Positions 1 through 9,093 of a DNA stretch of 64,000 nt are shown here, piece after piece. Both the position numbers and the translations under genes were made by a program. Within the stretch, counting starts at the first letter, position 1. Each line of letters starts with the position of its first letter. The notes beneath the pieces were generated by a model. That model had not been told where the DNA came from, searched no databases, and worked only from the letters and a program-made list of their open reading frames with translations. Source of the stretch: a virus; the IMG/VR virus record IMGVR_UViG_3300037483_001148, positions 36,046-100,045 of that record. One strand, given 5' to 3'.

Positions 1-1
1 A

Positions 2-583
2 GTACGTGATTTACGTCCAGCCAATGATGGTGAATATGTAGAATTACCCAACACAGGTGGCAGCGACTATTCCGGTGATACTACTACAATTGCTAATTAC
101 AAAACATTATTGGTTGACTATGCTGATCTATTAGGTAAGTCAATGTGGAAGATAACGGGCGGGCATTACACATATGGGTTGGTCTTCTACTGGCCTTCAT
201 TAACCACCGAACAACAAGTACAATTGGAAATATTGGATAATGCTCTGGAAGATTATCCTATCCTGGATGAGATGGAATGGGCAGAGGTTGAAAATGATTT
301 GGTTGATGAAGCCTGGGATAGCTGGCTAGGGAGTGACATCCAACGTCATTTGAACAAACTCTTTTGGAATGAAGTATCCGGTTGGTATGTGGAGTTTGAC
401 AATACCCCGGCTCTTCGCGAAATGACAGAGGCGTTTATGGATAAGCGAAACTTCTGTTACGAGTTTGAGACAGCCGGAAATGTTCACCTGGACATTGAAA
501 GATTGTTTCCTAATGCCTACACACTTTATTCTTCGCCCTCGATGGTGAAAGCCGACAAGACCATTGAAAAAGAGGCAGCGTAG
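2..583 (+). CDS. hypothetical phage protein, 5'-truncated by window edge
   Basis: Frame of ORF 110..583 stays open back to position 2; acidic, Trp-rich. Confidence 0.7.
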   Translation, partial: VRDLRPANDGEYVELPNTGGSDYSGDTTTIANYKTLLVDYADLLGKSMWKITGGHYTYGLVFYWPSLTTEQQVQLEILDNALEDYPILDEMEWAEVENDLVDEAWDSWLGSDIQRHLNKLFWNEVSGWYVEFDNTPALREMTEAFMDKRNFCYEFETAGNVHLDIERLFPNAYTLYSSPSMVKADKTIEKEAA

Positions 584-645
584 GGCAATCGTACAGCAAC
601 AATGGGCTATGTGTGGTACACTTAATACTTCAGGAGGATAATATT

Positions 646-840
646 ATGTCAGTAGTAAGAAATGGCAAGCAAGCCAAAAATTCACGGCGCAAGATAGTTT
701 TAGCTCGTTTAGAGGAAAATGTCAGTACAGAACATGCTACTCATCGGTATCTCGGTGAACAAGTTTACCCCAAACTGGATGATCATGACATTGCCAGAAT
801 CAAACGAGAAATCGCTGTTTTACGCCAACGTATTTTTTAA
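646..840 (+). CDS. small basic hypothetical protein
   Basis: CAGGAGG RBS before ATG 646. Confidence 0.65.
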   Translation: MSVVRNGKQAKNSRRKIVLARLEENVSTEHATHRYLGEQVYPKLDDHDIARIKREIAVLRQRIF

Positions 841-847
841 TTAACCT

Positions 848-897
848 GTCTGTTCCTCATTTACCGCTTCGCGTGGTGGTAAGTAGGGAACGGAGAG
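848..897 (+). other. long imperfect intergenic hairpin (terminator or RNase III-type site)
   Basis: TCTGTTCCTCATTTACC ... GGTAAGTAGGGAACGGA inverted repeat. Confidence 0.45.
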
Positions 898-924
898 ATT
901 TAATTAGTCATTAGGAGAAAACTC

Positions 925-2433
925 ATGGAAACCGTAAAAGTACCAAAATATCATTTCAAACAACGAATCACTCAGCAATATAACAATGTGCCTCTGGCAA
1001 TCCTGAGAGAGCTAATTCAAAACTCACGTGATGCCGGAGCAAAGAATATGTGGTTTGAATTTGAGGATGGCAAGTTCATCTGCAAGGATGACGGCCATTC
1101 AATGACCGAGGCCGAGTTCAGAGAATATTATCTCAATCTCGGCGGCACTTACAAACGAACGGACAGCATTGGTGGTTTTGGAGCAGCAAAAGAATTGACT
1201 TTTGCTGCCGATAAGTGGACAGCCATAGGCCGTAATTTCATTTGTAATGGCGAAGGATGCCATTACGATATTTCCCCCTTTCCCCCCCAAAACGGTTTTA
1301 TCTTAGCCGCTTCTGATTCCTCTTACACCAAAAGCCGATTTGAATCGATGCTGTGGCATATCTGCCGTAAATCGGTTTTGCCCCTTACTATTTGGTTGGA
1401 TGGTAAAGAAGTCTCACAAGGTAGAAAGTTACGAGCTAATCAAATGTTATGGGACTTTGGTTTTGCTCGTTTGTATTCCCCCCGTAAGGCTGATTTTCCA
1501 GGTGAAAACGTTGGCTACAAAGTCATTCGGACTAAGGGGCTAATGACTCGCGAAGAATATATCGGTGGTGACTTTATTGTTTACCTGGAAATTGACGATC
1601 CGCTAAAGATTCTCACCGAGAACCGTGAATCAATCCGTGAAGAATACGCCAAAAAGCTTAACGAGGAAATTCAAGCTCTAATTAAACGAGGCTTGGAGCG
1701 AAAAGCCGAAGTCAAGCAAATAACGCTGTATGGTATTCCAAAGAAGCGTTCTTATGTTCCATCATCTAATAACGGGCATGGGTTAGCTTACAATGCTGCC
1801 GGGGATGTTGTATCTGCTTACAACGAAGTGGAGTATGAAAGTGAAGTAGGGAAATGGCCGGTAGCACCTGATGAGCCAGGAGATGAGGAATCCGTTGACG
1901 AAAATCCCATTGTCTCAGAACTGGATGCTAAAGCTTTACAAACCATCGAAACTGCCCAAACAGAAATGGGAATGATGAAGTTTGCTCACAAGCAGCTTCA
2001 ACATTGGCAGTACCCATTTGCGATTGTGGAGGACGGTCAAAAAGCCGTCCAGACTTTCACCAGGGAAGGTACATTGACTGAGAAAGCAAAAAAAGCGTTG
2101 ACCATCGCTCTAACCCTCAACAAAATGATTTGCTCAGAACTGCACATCCAAGTGCCCATTCCGGCACTCTTGTTCTCCAATAGTGAAAATGGGGTTCATA
2201 CGACTACCGGGCCGTATGAATTGATTGGCTATGACCCTGATATTCTGGTGGGGGAAAAGACGTTTGAAGGAACGCCATTCGGAGTCCTGGAATTGGTTAT
2301 TCACGAAATAACGCACCACTATCACAGTGACCATTCCCAAACCTACGAAACAAAGCGAATGGAAATCGCCCGGCAAATTGGGTCAAAGGTCGAGGCTTAT
2401 TTGATGGTAATAAAGGGGTTACAAAATGCTTGA
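925..2433 (+). CDS. GHKL (HSP90/MutL/GyrB-type) ATPase fused to C-terminal HExxH metallopeptidase-like domain
   Basis: N-box LRELIQNSRDAGA, G1 DDGHSM, G2 GGFGAAK; C-terminal LVIHEITHHYHSDH; AGGAG RBS. Confidence 0.8.
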   Translation: METVKVPKYHFKQRITQQYNNVPLAILRELIQNSRDAGAKNMWFEFEDGKFICKDDGHSMTEAEFREYYLNLGGTYKRTDSIGGFGAAKELTFAADKWTAIGRNFICNGEGCHYDISPFPPQNGFILAASDSSYTKSRFESMLWHICRKSVLPLTIWLDGKEVSQGRKLRANQMLWDFGFARLYSPRKADFPGENVGYKVIRTKGLMTREEYIGGDFIVYLEIDDPLKILTENRESIREEYAKKLNEEIQALIKRGLERKAEVKQITLYGIPKKRSYVPSSNNGHGLAYNAAGDVVSAYNEVEYESEVGKWPVAPDEPGDEESVDENPIVSELDAKALQTIETAQTEMGMMKFAHKQLQHWQYPFAIVEDGQKAVQTFTREGTLTEKAKKALTIALTLNKMICSELHIQVPIPALLFSNSENGVHTTTGPYELIGYDPDILVGEKTFEGTPFGVLELVIHEITHHYHSDHSQTYETKRMEIARQIGSKVEAYLMVIKGLQNA

Positions 2434-2752
2434 ATGGTGGGTACACTCAACAGCAAAACCAACTAATCATCGGTCAAAAGTAGGGCCATTTCTTTCTGTT
2501 ATAGAAGCGGCTCAATACACTCAAGAGTATAGACCGGCTGAACAGTGGAAGAAAATATCCATTACCGGAAGAACCGCAAACTATTTTCGATTGTGGACAA
2601 TTTTGGGTGATACACCGGTTAATGAGGCTGAGGAAATTGAGATTGATTTTCTTAACTTTCCTAAAGGCACACACCGAGAAACTATCTGGCATTGGTTTGA
2701 GGAAACTTTCAACGTAGTTATCAACGACAAAATGGAGTTAGAAAATGCTTAA
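2426..2752 (+). CDS. hypothetical phage protein
   Basis: Overlapping start/stop coupling; C-terminal FPKGTHRETIWHWFEETF motif. Confidence 0.7.
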   Translation: MLEWWVHSTAKPTNHRSKVGPFLSVIEAAQYTQEYRPAEQWKKISITGRTANYFRLWTILGDTPVNEAEEIEIDFLNFPKGTHRETIWHWFEETFNVVINDKMELENA

Positions 2753-2981
2753 AGATGTCCTGTTAGCCCATAGGCTCTATAAATCCCAAGAAATTCATTT
2801 AGCTGCCTTTGTCATTCGGGATTTGCCGGAAACAAAAGAATTGGGCTTGGATAATTTAGCCTGGGCGGTTTATAACGATTCTTGTCCTACGGCTGGTGAT
2901 ATAAAACCGATGTTGAAAGAACTATTAAATTATCACGGCCTATCATGGGAACAAGCCGAAAGTAACTACAAAGGAGAATGA
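2745..2981 (+). CDS. hypothetical protein
   Basis: GGAG RBS, coupled to neighbours. Confidence 0.65.
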   Translation: MLKDVLLAHRLYKSQEIHLAAFVIRDLPETKELGLDNLAWAVYNDSCPTAGDIKPMLKELLNYHGLSWEQAESNYKGE

Positions 2982-3463
2982 TCATGTCTGCTGAGTTTGT
3001 AAAATTTACTGATGATACACTGGAAAACACAAAAAAGTTAGCTGAAGGAGTAAAGGGTATTAAATGTGTTTATGTTGGTTCACCATCGGGAGTGCCGGTA
3101 GCTCACCAGATGGTTCATTTAACTGAAGTGTTGGAAGCTTTAGAGAACATCCCCCCCATTGTAAAGTTTGGTGGTTGTGAAGTATACGCCAACCAGTATG
3201 CCAATTATTTTGTCAGAGATGTAAGTGAAAAGGTGATCGGCTTTATCCGCTATACTCCTGAACAAGAAACGCATACTCAATTTTGGAGTGCTGAGGGATT
3301 CTGGCGCAGCCAGCTAGCCCAAAGCAAAGAGGATAAATCCATTTTGCCAATCCTTGCGGAAGCTGAAAAAATCCCCTTAACCGGTCATGAGATGAATGAC
3401 ATCGAAGGCTTGCTCAGGCAAGCTTATCGAGCCGGAGCTAATTCCTGGTTTGGAGAAGAATGA
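2978..3463 (+). CDS. hypothetical protein
   Basis: AGGAG RBS, ATGA overlap. Confidence 0.7.
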   Translation: MIMSAEFVKFTDDTLENTKKLAEGVKGIKCVYVGSPSGVPVAHQMVHLTEVLEALENIPPIVKFGGCEVYANQYANYFVRDVSEKVIGFIRYTPEQETHTQFWSAEGFWRSQLAQSKEDKSILPILAEAEKIPLTGHEMNDIEGLLRQAYRAGANSWFGEE

Positions 3464-3837
3464 TTATGGCAACAATTTACACCCCCAACGGCCCTGAAGA
3501 ATGGTCCGACAACGATCTTCGTTTGCACGTTTACCGAGCATTAAAGATAGCGGCTGAAAGAATCGGGTTCAACGGCTGGAAAGCCGAATGTAAACGGCGC
3601 AAGCTGAATCCGACTGAAGCTGTTCAGCAAACGTTTTTTGTGTGGGTTAAGGGTTATCCACATTCTGACCCGCGCTCTATGAAAATGGTGGTTAAGCCTC
3701 GTTCAATCTACACACCTACCGAGGCGCATGAGGAAATCATAGAGGCAATGAGTAAAGTCCTGAGTGGTGAGTTAAGCCCAAATGATGCTATGCTTTTATT
3801 ACATCGTGGTGATATTTTAGAAATGAGGACAAAATGA
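3460..3837 (+). CDS. hypothetical protein
   Basis: ATGA overlaps on both sides. Confidence 0.7.
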   Translation: MIMATIYTPNGPEEWSDNDLRLHVYRALKIAAERIGFNGWKAECKRRKLNPTEAVQQTFFVWVKGYPHSDPRSMKMVVKPRSIYTPTEAHEEIIEAMSKVLSGELSPNDAMLLLHRGDILEMRTK

Positions 3838-4274
3838 AAGCTATACTAATTGTTGAAAATGACACGGTAATCCATGAGCTACTTGTCCCCAATGGTGAAG
3901 TAGATTATTGGGGATCAGTCATTGGCCGGTGGGGTGGTGAAACAATTGAGCCACAAGATAACTCTCACGTACCATTCTATCCAGCTAAAATCCCACCGGA
4001 TATGGCGACTATTCAATGCTTGAATCGGTTTTACCCCCAAGCTGAAGTCAAATGGTTGGTTGACAATTCTTATGTGCTGGAAGCGTGTGTTACTTTGAGT
4101 CAGCACCCGAAACACTTTCAATACTGGTACAAAAATTCTACGATGGAATGGCTCAAACGATGTAAACATTGTGCTGGTGATTATGATATGTTGGAAAACT
4201 TGGGCTACAAACCGGCTGAGAAAGTCTACATCCATTTAGAAGGCTGTCCGGCTATAAGAACAACGGGATTGTAA
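3834..4274 (+). CDS. hypothetical protein with possible Cys/His zinc site
   Basis: CKHC...HLEGC; GAGG RBS. Confidence 0.65.
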   Translation: MKAILIVENDTVIHELLVPNGEVDYWGSVIGRWGGETIEPQDNSHVPFYPAKIPPDMATIQCLNRFYPQAEVKWLVDNSYVLEACVTLSQHPKHFQYWYKNSTMEWLKRCKHCAGDYDMLENLGYKPAEKVYIHLEGCPAIRTTGL

Positions 4275-4359
4275 TGCACCGGTTAAGGTTTATAATCCGC
4301 AATTGGTTTATAGTCATGTGGATCGAGTTCTTATCAATGAGGCAGAAGGAAATAAAGAA

Positions 4360-4746
4360 ATGATTACCAAAGATGAAATTAAATTCCAAAACGATTTTTT
4401 GAGAGTGCAATTTAACGGCGATATGGTTGAAGATAGACTTGATGATTTTAATTCTATCACTCGCCGGGAACTGGAACATTACGTCGAAACCCACCAGGAA
4501 ACATGGGTTGGCAAAATCAACCTGTACGGCAATGACACGGCTGACCTGGTAAAGTTAGGTCCAGGGGATTTTATCTACAATTTTCAATATAACTATGCTG
4601 TGCCGTTTAATGACGAATGTTTGCGGCTTATGGTCGATCAGCGTAAAGAAGCACCTTACACCGGCACTCAGCAAGACTTGGTGTTTATTGAAGCTATCAT
4701 TAACAGAATCTACCAAATCAACGGTATCTTACTCAATTGGGCATAG
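4360..4746 (+). CDS. hypothetical protein
   Basis: ORF 4303..4746, likely ATG start at 4360. Confidence 0.65.
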   Translation: MITKDEIKFQNDFLRVQFNGDMVEDRLDDFNSITRRELEHYVETHQETWVGKINLYGNDTADLVKLGPGDFIYNFQYNYAVPFNDECLRLMVDQRKEAPYTGTQQDLVFIEAIINRIYQINGILLNWA

Positions 4747-4755
4747 GAGAAGAAA

Positions 4756-5361
4756 ATGTACGATTATCAACTGCATGTAGAAAAAGCCAAGAAAAGTTTA
4801 GCCGAAGCGGAGAGACATGCGGCACTCATTCAAAAAGCCACGATTCTTCTTCCACCTGGTTTGCCTATAAATCGAATACATCCTCATACCTACAAGGGGG
4901 ATGTATCAATTGAAATGGCTGTCGATGATAGAAATCAAGTATTACCTTTGGCCAAAATCACCGGCGCAGTACCATTAGTTGTTTATAAGGATAGCTGTAC
5001 AGCGTTATTTCCGGCTGAAAAACTAACGGATCGGGGGCGAGAACGAGGCAAGTATTTTGAGTTTTCCCCATCTATTTGGTGGGAAGCCGAGTATCATTAT
5101 TGGTGGGACGGTTCAACCCATGCTCAAGCTATATGGTATTTTAAGCTTGAGGATTTAATGGTTAAAGCTGAATGTATTATTACTAAAGACCCATCCAGAA
5201 TTTGGGAGGAGATTGTCAGAAATAACCAGCAGCAAATAATGAGTCGCATGTGGATATTTGAAAACTTTCCAGAAGGTGAATTGATTCGATTTGCTTCGGG
5301 TGAGCGTAGTAAACCAGGTAAACAGGTAAAATACAATTTGAGGGGGGAAGAATGGGAGTAA
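4756..5361 (+). CDS. hypothetical protein
   Basis: AGGAG RBS, 201 aa. Confidence 0.7.
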   Translation: MYDYQLHVEKAKKSLAEAERHAALIQKATILLPPGLPINRIHPHTYKGDVSIEMAVDDRNQVLPLAKITGAVPLVVYKDSCTALFPAEKLTDRGRERGKYFEFSPSIWWEAEYHYWWDGSTHAQAIWYFKLEDLMVKAECIITKDPSRIWEEIVRNNQQQIMSRMWIFENFPEGELIRFASGERSKPGKQVKYNLRGEEWE

Positions 5362-5726
5362 TAGGCATAATTCTAAACAGAGAAGAAATAAACAAAATGC
5401 GCTATCCAGTTGTAGTAGAAATGTGGAGTAAAGCTGTTGGGGCATCTGCTTATGGTAGTATTCGCCGTAAATTTCATGCGGAGTTTACCGAACCGGAACG
5501 AATCAAAGCCCGTAAAATCCACAACACATTTTATAGATGGTATCTTAAAACGGGTACTCCCCAACAACTTGTAGTTAAATTAGATGCAAAGGAAACTTAT
5601 AATCCACAAGATGATTTACCCATTGATCCTATACCAATTCAAAACACAAGCCAGTATGCGTATTTGTGGACAATAAGCACTTTCCATTTAGCTCGTAGGT
5701 TAATCAACTTTTTTGGTACATTATAA
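5352..5726 (+). CDS. hypothetical protein
   Basis: Coupled ORF in + strand array. Confidence 0.65.
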   Translation: MGVIGIILNREEINKMRYPVVVEMWSKAVGASAYGSIRRKFHAEFTEPERIKARKIHNTFYRWYLKTGTPQQLVVKLDAKETYNPQDDLPIDPIPIQNTSQYAYLWTISTFHLARRLINFFGTL

Positions 5727-5733
5727 AGGGAGA

Positions 5734-5967
5734 ATGATCATGTCGATTCCACGCAAACAAACCAAACAACAGAATAACCGTAACAAACGGCGGCAAGCGG
5801 CTCGGCAGCGTTACGCCAAGTTTCATTGGAATTTGAAACATCCCTCCACCAAGCCGGAAGAATTGGAAGAGAAAAAAGACCAGAAGCAAGAGGAAATTGC
5901 TCATCAACCCATTGAGCCGGTTACGGCTGCACCTGTTATCGTTCCAAAATCCCGGCAGAAGGTGTAA
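5734..5967 (+). CDS. small basic hypothetical protein
   Basis: GGGAG RBS; Arg/Lys/Gln-rich N-terminus. Confidence 0.55.
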   Translation: MIMSIPRKQTKQQNNRNKRRQAARQRYAKFHWNLKHPSTKPEELEEKKDQKQEEIAHQPIEPVTAAPVIVPKSRQKV

Positions 5968-5968
5968 A

Positions 5969-6370
5969 ATGAAAACAAAACAACAAGTAGCTGCTGAACA
6001 GGCTACCGGCTGTTCAGGTGCGGGTGATTATGCACTTTGGGCCAAACAACAAGGCTATCCTTTTTGTCAGGTATGGGATTGGACTTCGAGTGCCGGTGAC
6101 TGGACATTTTTGGTCAGCCAGGACGGAAACGAATGGTTCTGGATGACCCAAACAAATAACTTCCCTTTTTCAGGATTCACCCGAACCATTGATAAATCCC
6201 ATTCCTATACTGGCTCATGGGAAGAAGTTCAGAGCCAAATAACAATGGAGTTTCTTCGCCTCACTGGACCGACAACCGCAAAAGAAAAATGGCTGTTGGC
6301 TTGTGAATGGGATGAGGTTGATCCCAATGAAAAGTTTGTTGTCTTTTCAGAAGGAAACCCCTACCTATGA
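5969..6370 (+). CDS. hypothetical protein
   Basis: AAGG RBS, Trp-rich, ATGA overlap downstream. Confidence 0.7.
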   Translation: MKTKQQVAAEQATGCSGAGDYALWAKQQGYPFCQVWDWTSSAGDWTFLVSQDGNEWFWMTQTNNFPFSGFTRTIDKSHSYTGSWEEVQSQITMEFLRLTGPTTAKEKWLLACEWDEVDPNEKFVVFSEGNPYL

Positions 6371-6669
6371 ACACAGAAATTGAAGCTGAGTTATGGGCAT
6401 TGGATGAAATATACACCAAAAGAGGTCATGATATTAGCACGTGGACTGAGTTTAACATTCAACAGTTTGCTTCATCTCAAGCATTGTATAAGCTGCATAA
6501 GTTCATTTACGACAATCCCGGCCAAATTAAGAAATACATTTCCCTGGTCAGGCTGGCTAATTTAACCAAAAAGCAGCTTTTAGAAATGCTGCCGGAAGCT
6601 AAAAAATCGTCCAAACGAATCACTCTATATAGACAAGTCCGAGCTAACTGGGAGAAGGAAAATGCCTAA
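6367..6669 (+). CDS. hypothetical protein
   Basis: Coupled ORF. Confidence 0.6.
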   Translation: MNTEIEAELWALDEIYTKRGHDISTWTEFNIQQFASSQALYKLHKFIYDNPGQIKKYISLVRLANLTKKQLLEMLPEAKKSSKRITLYRQVRANWEKENA

Positions 6670-6877
6670 AATTGTCGTTCTAAACGAAAACACGCTTGGC
6701 TATCTGTTCAACATAGATGAGTTTTTGTGGTTGGGTATTTTAGATGGCAGCGTTATTCGTGGCGGGCATAGTTGGTTAAATGGTCCTGTTGCTGTTATTC
6801 AGCCTATTGATAAAATTAGACCAGCCACCCAAAAGGATTTCAAAGAGTATCGAGTATCACCAGGAGAGTATTTCTAA
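6662..6877 (+). CDS. hypothetical protein
   Basis: AAGGA RBS; coupled. Confidence 0.65.
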   Translation: MPKIVVLNENTLGYLFNIDEFLWLGILDGSVIRGGHSWLNGPVAVIQPIDKIRPATQKDFKEYRVSPGEYF

Positions 6878-7080
6878 TGGGTCGCTATCGGGTTGATATT
6901 AAAATAGATACATTTCCCAAATCAAAGAATTATGGAAAGGCATTTTGGTTTAGTATCCACGATAAAGTAAAAAATAAATCAGTAGCCAATTCTATTATTG
7001 ATGATCTGGACATGTATTGCCGAGCCTACAAAATAAAAAGAGGTGAAAATGACAAGACTATCGTTCAAGCAAGTAAATGA
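6877..7080 (+). CDS. hypothetical protein
   Basis: TAATG overlap. Confidence 0.55.
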   Translation: MGRYRVDIKIDTFPKSKNYGKAFWFSIHDKVKNKSVANSIIDDLDMYCRAYKIKRGENDKTIVQASK

Positions 7081-7465
7081 AGAGTTTGATCGTATCAGAG
7101 AAATAGCCCCTCTGTATGATCTTCGGCTCAATGATAGCCGAGTGGGGGGCTGTATGATTGTAGAGCTACAAAAACAGGGTAGTTCCGCTTCCAAGCGGCA
7201 AATATTTAGTGGTGATTTGAAGGAATGTTCAGCTTGGATAGCCGGTTTTATGGCACATTTCTATGCCATTGAAACGAGGGTGAAGAATGAAATGAAGAGA
7301 CGTGAAAAAGAACGTGACAAACTAAAAATAGAACTATATGTAGCTATTGAGGAATATCCTTTAGTAAGGTTTAGCCAAATAAATAAAGCAATGACAGAAC
7401 TATCTATAGGAATCGGTACACTGAAGTTTGTATTGGGGAGGGATGTTGAAAATGTGGAATCTTGA
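7043..7465 (+). CDS. hypothetical protein
   Basis: GAGGTG RBS. Confidence 0.65.
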   Translation: MKMTRLSFKQVNEEFDRIREIAPLYDLRLNDSRVGGCMIVELQKQGSSASKRQIFSGDLKECSAWIAGFMAHFYAIETRVKNEMKRREKERDKLKIELYVAIEEYPLVRFSQINKAMTELSIGIGTLKFVLGRDVENVES

Positions 7466-7757
7466 ATTTCAAAACGGTGATGATCCCATGCAAATGGCTG
7501 AGAAGTTGGAATTAGCAGGATATACTAAAGAAGAGTGGGGGGGTGAAGAAGTATTTATAAAACAAGTTGGTGGCTTGCTGCTTAGGTGGCAGCTTGAGGA
7601 AACGATCATCATTGAAGTGCTTCGTATTGGCGGGGCGCTGATTGGCAACCAGCAAGTTTGCATCGTACATTTTGATAGCAGTTTTTATACTGATCCGGTA
7701 AGCAAATTTGAAGACGCAATTCTCGATATGTACAAGACATTAGAGGGGTTATTATGA
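7452..7757 (+). CDS. hypothetical protein
   Basis: ORF 7428..7757, probable ATG 7452. Confidence 0.6.
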   Translation: MWNLEFQNGDDPMQMAEKLELAGYTKEEWGGEEVFIKQVGGLLLRWQLEETIIIEVLRIGGALIGNQQVCIVHFDSSFYTDPVSKFEDAILDMYKTLEGLL

Positions 7758-8350
7758 TTAAGTTACAAGATTTCCCAAAGCAAGAGCATGTTAAGAGAGC
7801 TTTGGAAGTAGCAATGGTGGGGAAGCACTCTATTACTCTGATTGGCTCACCAGTGTCCGAAGGGAGAGAGCTTGTGGAATGGCTCAGGTGGTCTAAATAC
7901 CCCACCCCTGCATATTTTGTTTCCCCCTGCCCATGTGGGTATTTCGGTTTTCCTTCCAGGGAATGTACATGTTCAATTTCAATGGTGGGCCGACATCAAG
8001 CTAAGTATCTTAGCCGGGACACTGATATTTATGTTACCCTCAAAGAACTGTCCCCTGATGAAATAATAAACTTCATGCGGAACAAAAACCGAAATGAGGA
8101 AGAGGAGAAGGTTTATGAGCGAATCAAGTTAGCCAAAGCAATTGAAGCCCCCAGGCCGCTTGAATTAACCAGCACCGATTGGAATCTGCTGAAATCGGCT
8201 GTTTCACAACTCAATCTAAGTTTCTTTCAGGTTAAACAGATTCTTGTAGTTGCAAAGACCATTCAGCATATGGCATTAGTCTATAATACTGAGAGTTCAT
8301 TCATGCCGTACCTGGCCGAAGCTATTCAGTATAGGCCAAAGGTAGGATAA
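7754..8350 (+). CDS. miniaturised, internally deleted ComM/YifB (Mg-chelatase-related AAA+) homologue
   Basis: QEHVKRALEVAMVGKHSITLIGSP, PCPCGYFG...CTCS, LLKSAVSQLNLS...ILVVAKTI...LAEAIQYR match ComM/YifB blocks; Walker A degenerate, Walker B region absent. Confidence 0.8.
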   Translation: MIKLQDFPKQEHVKRALEVAMVGKHSITLIGSPVSEGRELVEWLRWSKYPTPAYFVSPCPCGYFGFPSRECTCSISMVGRHQAKYLSRDTDIYVTLKELSPDEIINFMRNKNRNEEEEKVYERIKLAKAIEAPRPLELTSTDWNLLKSAVSQLNLSFFQVKQILVVAKTIQHMALVYNTESSFMPYLAEAIQYRPKVG

Positions 8351-8351
8351 A

Positions 8352-8789
8352 ATGGGTTTTCCAAGATCGAGGCAGCAAGCCAGCGTATGGCTTTATAAGT
8401 TAGATAACCAATGGTCGGCTTATCTGATGATTCCGAACCAAAAGATTCTAAGCACAGATAGTAGAAGTTTCTCAACAACTCAAGGGTATATCCCTGGCGA
8501 AGCGAGACAGGTTGAATGGGAGCAGCTACCCAAGGAAGCCCAAACCATTTTCTTACCGGCTCTAAAAGTATTTGGGTTAGATGAAACAGCATGGGGACTT
8601 CATAAACTGCCAGAGTGGGAAGAGGCCAGGACCATTGGGGGCTATATCATTCTCAAAAAGCGCACCAAAATGCGCCGGGGCAATTTTAAGATAGTTCACC
8701 CTGATGGAAAGGAGGTTAAATCGGAATCACTTGTCGAAGCTGTTGAGTATGTTGAAAATCATCTACAAAGTATTAAAGATTCTAACTAG
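8352..8789 (+). CDS. hypothetical protein
   Basis: AGGA RBS. Confidence 0.65.
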   Translation: MGFPRSRQQASVWLYKLDNQWSAYLMIPNQKILSTDSRSFSTTQGYIPGEARQVEWEQLPKEAQTIFLPALKVFGLDETAWGLHKLPEWEEARTIGGYIILKKRTKMRRGNFKIVHPDGKEVKSESLVEAVEYVENHLQSIKDSN

Positions 8790-8797
8790 GAGTTAAA

Positions 8798-8947
8798 ATG
8801 GACGCTACTGAAAAACGTATGTTTTTGATCGTTGTGTTTCTGATTACATCGTTGGTTATCTCATCAATGATAGCCTGTGGTGGATCAGGAAAAGACAATG
8901 TAAAACGGGTTAAAGCTACCCCCATGTGTATTGCTTTTTGTAAGTGA
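8798..8947 (+). CDS. small putative lipoprotein (49 aa, not in ORF track)
   Basis: AGGAG RBS; MDATEKRMFLIVVFLITSLVISSMIA-CGGSGK..., signal peptide plus lipobox Cys. Confidence 0.6.
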   Translation: MDATEKRMFLIVVFLITSLVISSMIACGGSGKDNVKRVKATPMCIAFCK

Positions 8948-9093
8948 TGAAGATAATCTGGTTTATGCCACTATTGGTTGTATTTTTGTCTGTTGCGTGC
9001 GACTGTGAGCCAGGTGATCCGGCTCGCAACCCATGCCAAATGAGTCAAATTGAAATCCTGCAAGTAAAATGGAGCTACTATGTTAGCCACTAA
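8947..9093 (+). CDS. small putative lipoprotein (48 aa, not in ORF track)
   Basis: TGATG coupling; MKIIWFMPLLVVFLSVA-CDCEPGD... Confidence 0.5.
   Translation: MKIIWFMPLLVVFLSVACDCEPGDPARNPCQMSQIEILQVKWSYYVSH

Noticed and set aside
7754-8350. Prophage attachment scar from integration into host comM
   Set aside because: The ORF retains both N- and C-proximal ComM blocks with an internal deletion, is coupled to phage genes, and no integrase or host DNA flanks it.
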